Shown here: positions 40,404 to 41,803 of the stretch, one piece after another
How positions within the stretch are numbered: the stretch's first letter is position 1
Layout: each line of letters starts with the position of its first letter
From: Oscillospiraceae bacterium
GTDB lineage: Bacteria; Bacillota; Clostridia; Oscillospirales; UBA929
Length of the DNA stretch: 41,803 nt
Reading direction: 5' to 3'
Assembly (NCBI GenBank): GCA_031289065.1
Contig: JAITQI010000084.1
Span: 1 to 41,803, forward strand
The notes under the pieces: generated by a model
What the model was told of the DNA's origin: nothing
Database searches by the model: none
What the model saw: the letters and a program-made list of their open reading frames with translations, nothing else
Position numbers and translations under genes: made by a program

Positions 40404-41565
40404 GAACATCCGGCTGATAGACGCGGGGCTGTTCGCGCTCATCGCTCTGGCGGCGGTGTGGCTGCGGGTGGCGCTGCTTCCGGCCGCCTCGGGGGACATC
40501 ACCGACTTTTTGACCCCCTGGCTGGAACGCCTGCGGAACGCGGGGCGGTTCGCCCGGTTCGGCCTGGCCATCGGGGACTACGCCCCGCCCTACATGTACA
40601 TCCTGTCCCTGATCTCGTTTTTCCCGGCGGACTGGAGCATCCCCCTGATTAAACTTGTATCCTGCGTGTTTGACTTCGCCGCCGCCGCCGTGGCGCTGCG
40701 GTACGTTTACCGGCGCTCCGGCCGGGTCGGCTATGGTCTGGCGGCCTTCGCGGCGGTTCTGTTTCTGCCCACGGTCTGGCTCAACAGCGCGTACTGGGGG
40801 CAGTGCGACTCGATTTTTACCTTCTTTTGCCTGCTCTCGGTGCTGCGGTTCGCCGAAGACAAACCCAAACGGGGGGCCCTGTTCTTCGGCCTGGCCTTCA
40901 TCTTCAAGCTGCAGGCCGTGTTTCTGGCCCCGTTTTTGCTGTATCTCTGGCTCCATAAAAAGGTAAAACTGCGGCACGGGCTGATCGCCGCCGGGGTTTG
41001 GGTGGCGAGCTTCCTCCCGGCGCGGTTGGCGGGGCGCTCCCTGGGAAACATGGCCGCCATCTACCTGAACCAAACCGGCCTATACCCGCAGCTGAGCCTG
41101 AACGCCCCGAACCCTTGGTATTTCTTCGGTTCGTCCTCCCCGGAGCTGGCCGCCGCCGGGCTTGTCCTGGCCGCCGTGGCGGCTGTCCTGGGCCTGTATT
41201 TTCTGCTGAACAGAGACGTGGCCTTTACCTCGGGAAATTTCCTGCATATCGGGCTGTTTTTCGCCATTTTAATGCCGTTTTTCCTGCCGCATATGCATGA
41301 GCGCTATTTTTACCTGGCCGACGTCCTTTCGCTTTTTTACGCCTTCTCCCGGGCGGGCACCCCCGGCACACGGCTGGCGCGGCTGTCCCGGGTCCTTGTG
41401 CCCGTGTGCGTGGGTCTGGGCTCCATGGCGGCCTATATGGCCTTCCTATTTGGGAAAAACTACCTGACCTTTTCCGCGCTCATGATGACCGCGGGCCTGG
41501 GGTTGGTGACGTATGAGCTATTTGCGCCCGGGCCGGGACGCGGAATCACGGCGGACGCGGAATGA
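40387..41565 (+). CDS. Polytopic membrane protein, Gpi18/PIG-V-like mannosyltransferase family (GT-C)
   Basis: RVALLPAASGDITDFLTPWLERL....GDYAPPYMYILSLISF resembles the COG5542-type N-terminus. ATG at 40387 (or GTG at 40357) overlaps the upstream gene. Confidence 0.65.
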   Translation: MQTKIRNIRLIDAGLFALIALAAVWLRVALLPAASGDITDFLTPWLERLRNAGRFARFGLAIGDYAPPYMYILSLISFFPADWSIPLIKLVSCVFDFAAAAVALRYVYRRSGRVGYGLAAFAAVLFLPTVWLNSAYWGQCDSIFTFFCLLSVLRFAEDKPKRGALFFGLAFIFKLQAVFLAPFLLYLWLHKKVKLRHGLIAAGVWVASFLPARLAGRSLGNMAAIYLNQTGLYPQLSLNAPNPWYFFGSSSPELAAAGLVLAAVAAVLGLYFLLNRDVAFTSGNFLHIGLFFAILMPFFLPHMHERYFYLADVLSLFYAFSRAGTPGTRLARLSRVLVPVCVGLGSMAAYMAFLFGKNYLTFSALMMTAGLGLVTYELFAPGPGRGITADAE

Positions 41566-41567
41566 CG

Positions 41568-41667
41568 AATTAAGAATGAAAAATTAAGAATGAAAAATTG
41601 CGGAATCGCGCTGTGCGCGATAATTTAATTTGCCGCGCAGCGGCTCCGCCATTTTTCATTCTTCATT
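41568..41667. repeat. Full copy of family-A MITE/REP-like element (100 bp)
   Basis: AATTAAGAATGAAAAATTAAGAATGAAAAATTGCGGA ATCGCGCTGTGCGCGAT AATTTAATTT GCCGCGCAGCGGC TCCGCCATTTTTCATTCTTCATT. Confidence 0.9.
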
Positions 41668-41698
41668 ACCAGTTGGTAACGGTTCTGAGGCGTTGGGC

Positions 41699-41754
41699 GC
41701 AAACGTTATAGTGGGAAGACAAACCTCGGTTTGTCTTCCCACTATAACGTTTGC
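41699..41754. repeat. 26-bp perfect inverted repeat with a 4-nt loop
   Basis: GCAAACGTTATAGTGGGAAGACAAAC-CTCG-GTTTGTCTTCCCACTATAACGTTTGC. No U-tract. It lies between convergent gene ends. Confidence 0.85.
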
Positions 41755-41803
41755 GAGAAACTCTTTACGGGTTGCCCATCAGCAGGGCCATGACGGCTTT
41801 TTG

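Noticed and set aside
41765-41803. Possible 3' end of a minus-strand CDS at the right edge (..QKAVMALLMGNP-stop)
   Set aside because: Only 12 codons are visible, which is too short to support as a feature.

Overview
GC-rich chromosomal segment (coding regions look well above 60% GC by eye). It appears to come from a spore-forming Clostridia-type Firmicute with SLH-anchored surface proteins, most like Oscillospiraceae. All family calls rest on motif recognition in the translated ORFs, since no database search was possible.

I support about 40 CDS:
- Housekeeping and sporulation: pyrC, a GNAT, DUF1015, serC-serA, abrB, spmA-spmB, cheV, yaaL-bofA, degV, a dnaD-like gene.
- Glycan-active or surface genes: three SLH proteins, a SASA-type esterase plus AraC regulator, a 1030-aa CE15-like esterase, a GH3 lipoprotein, a GH31, and two GT-C-like membrane proteins.
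- Two accessory modules, described below.

Most long ORFs in the six-frame track are R/P/G-rich off-frame or antisense artefacts of high-GC DNA, and I rejected them.

Most interesting observations:
1. A poorly understood operon at 13.6-19.0 kb encodes DRTGG, an RsbW-like ATPase, a ferredoxin-fused [FeFe]-hydrogenase-like protein with degenerate H-cluster motifs, a second DRTGG and a PHP phosphoesterase. An ABC-2 exporter pair and a repeat element interrupt it. It reads like an H2/redox-sensing partner-switching-type module.
2. An integrase-less ImmR/ImmA-type switch has back-to-back consensus promoters and iterated TGTCACCAAA boxes. It controls only a Cro-like gene, a collagen-repeat tail-fibre-like gene and a tandem CBM5/12-like gene.
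3. A MITE/REP-like element family (7 loci) has stop-codon-dense AT-rich inverted termini and two GC hairpins. A second CAATTGACAAT/heptamer family accompanies it. Both abut CDS 3' ends and supply their stop codons.
4. A consensus promoter plus hairpin brackets about 300 nt of ORF-less, GC-rich, helix-forming sequence upstream of abrB. This is a candidate unclassified ncRNA.
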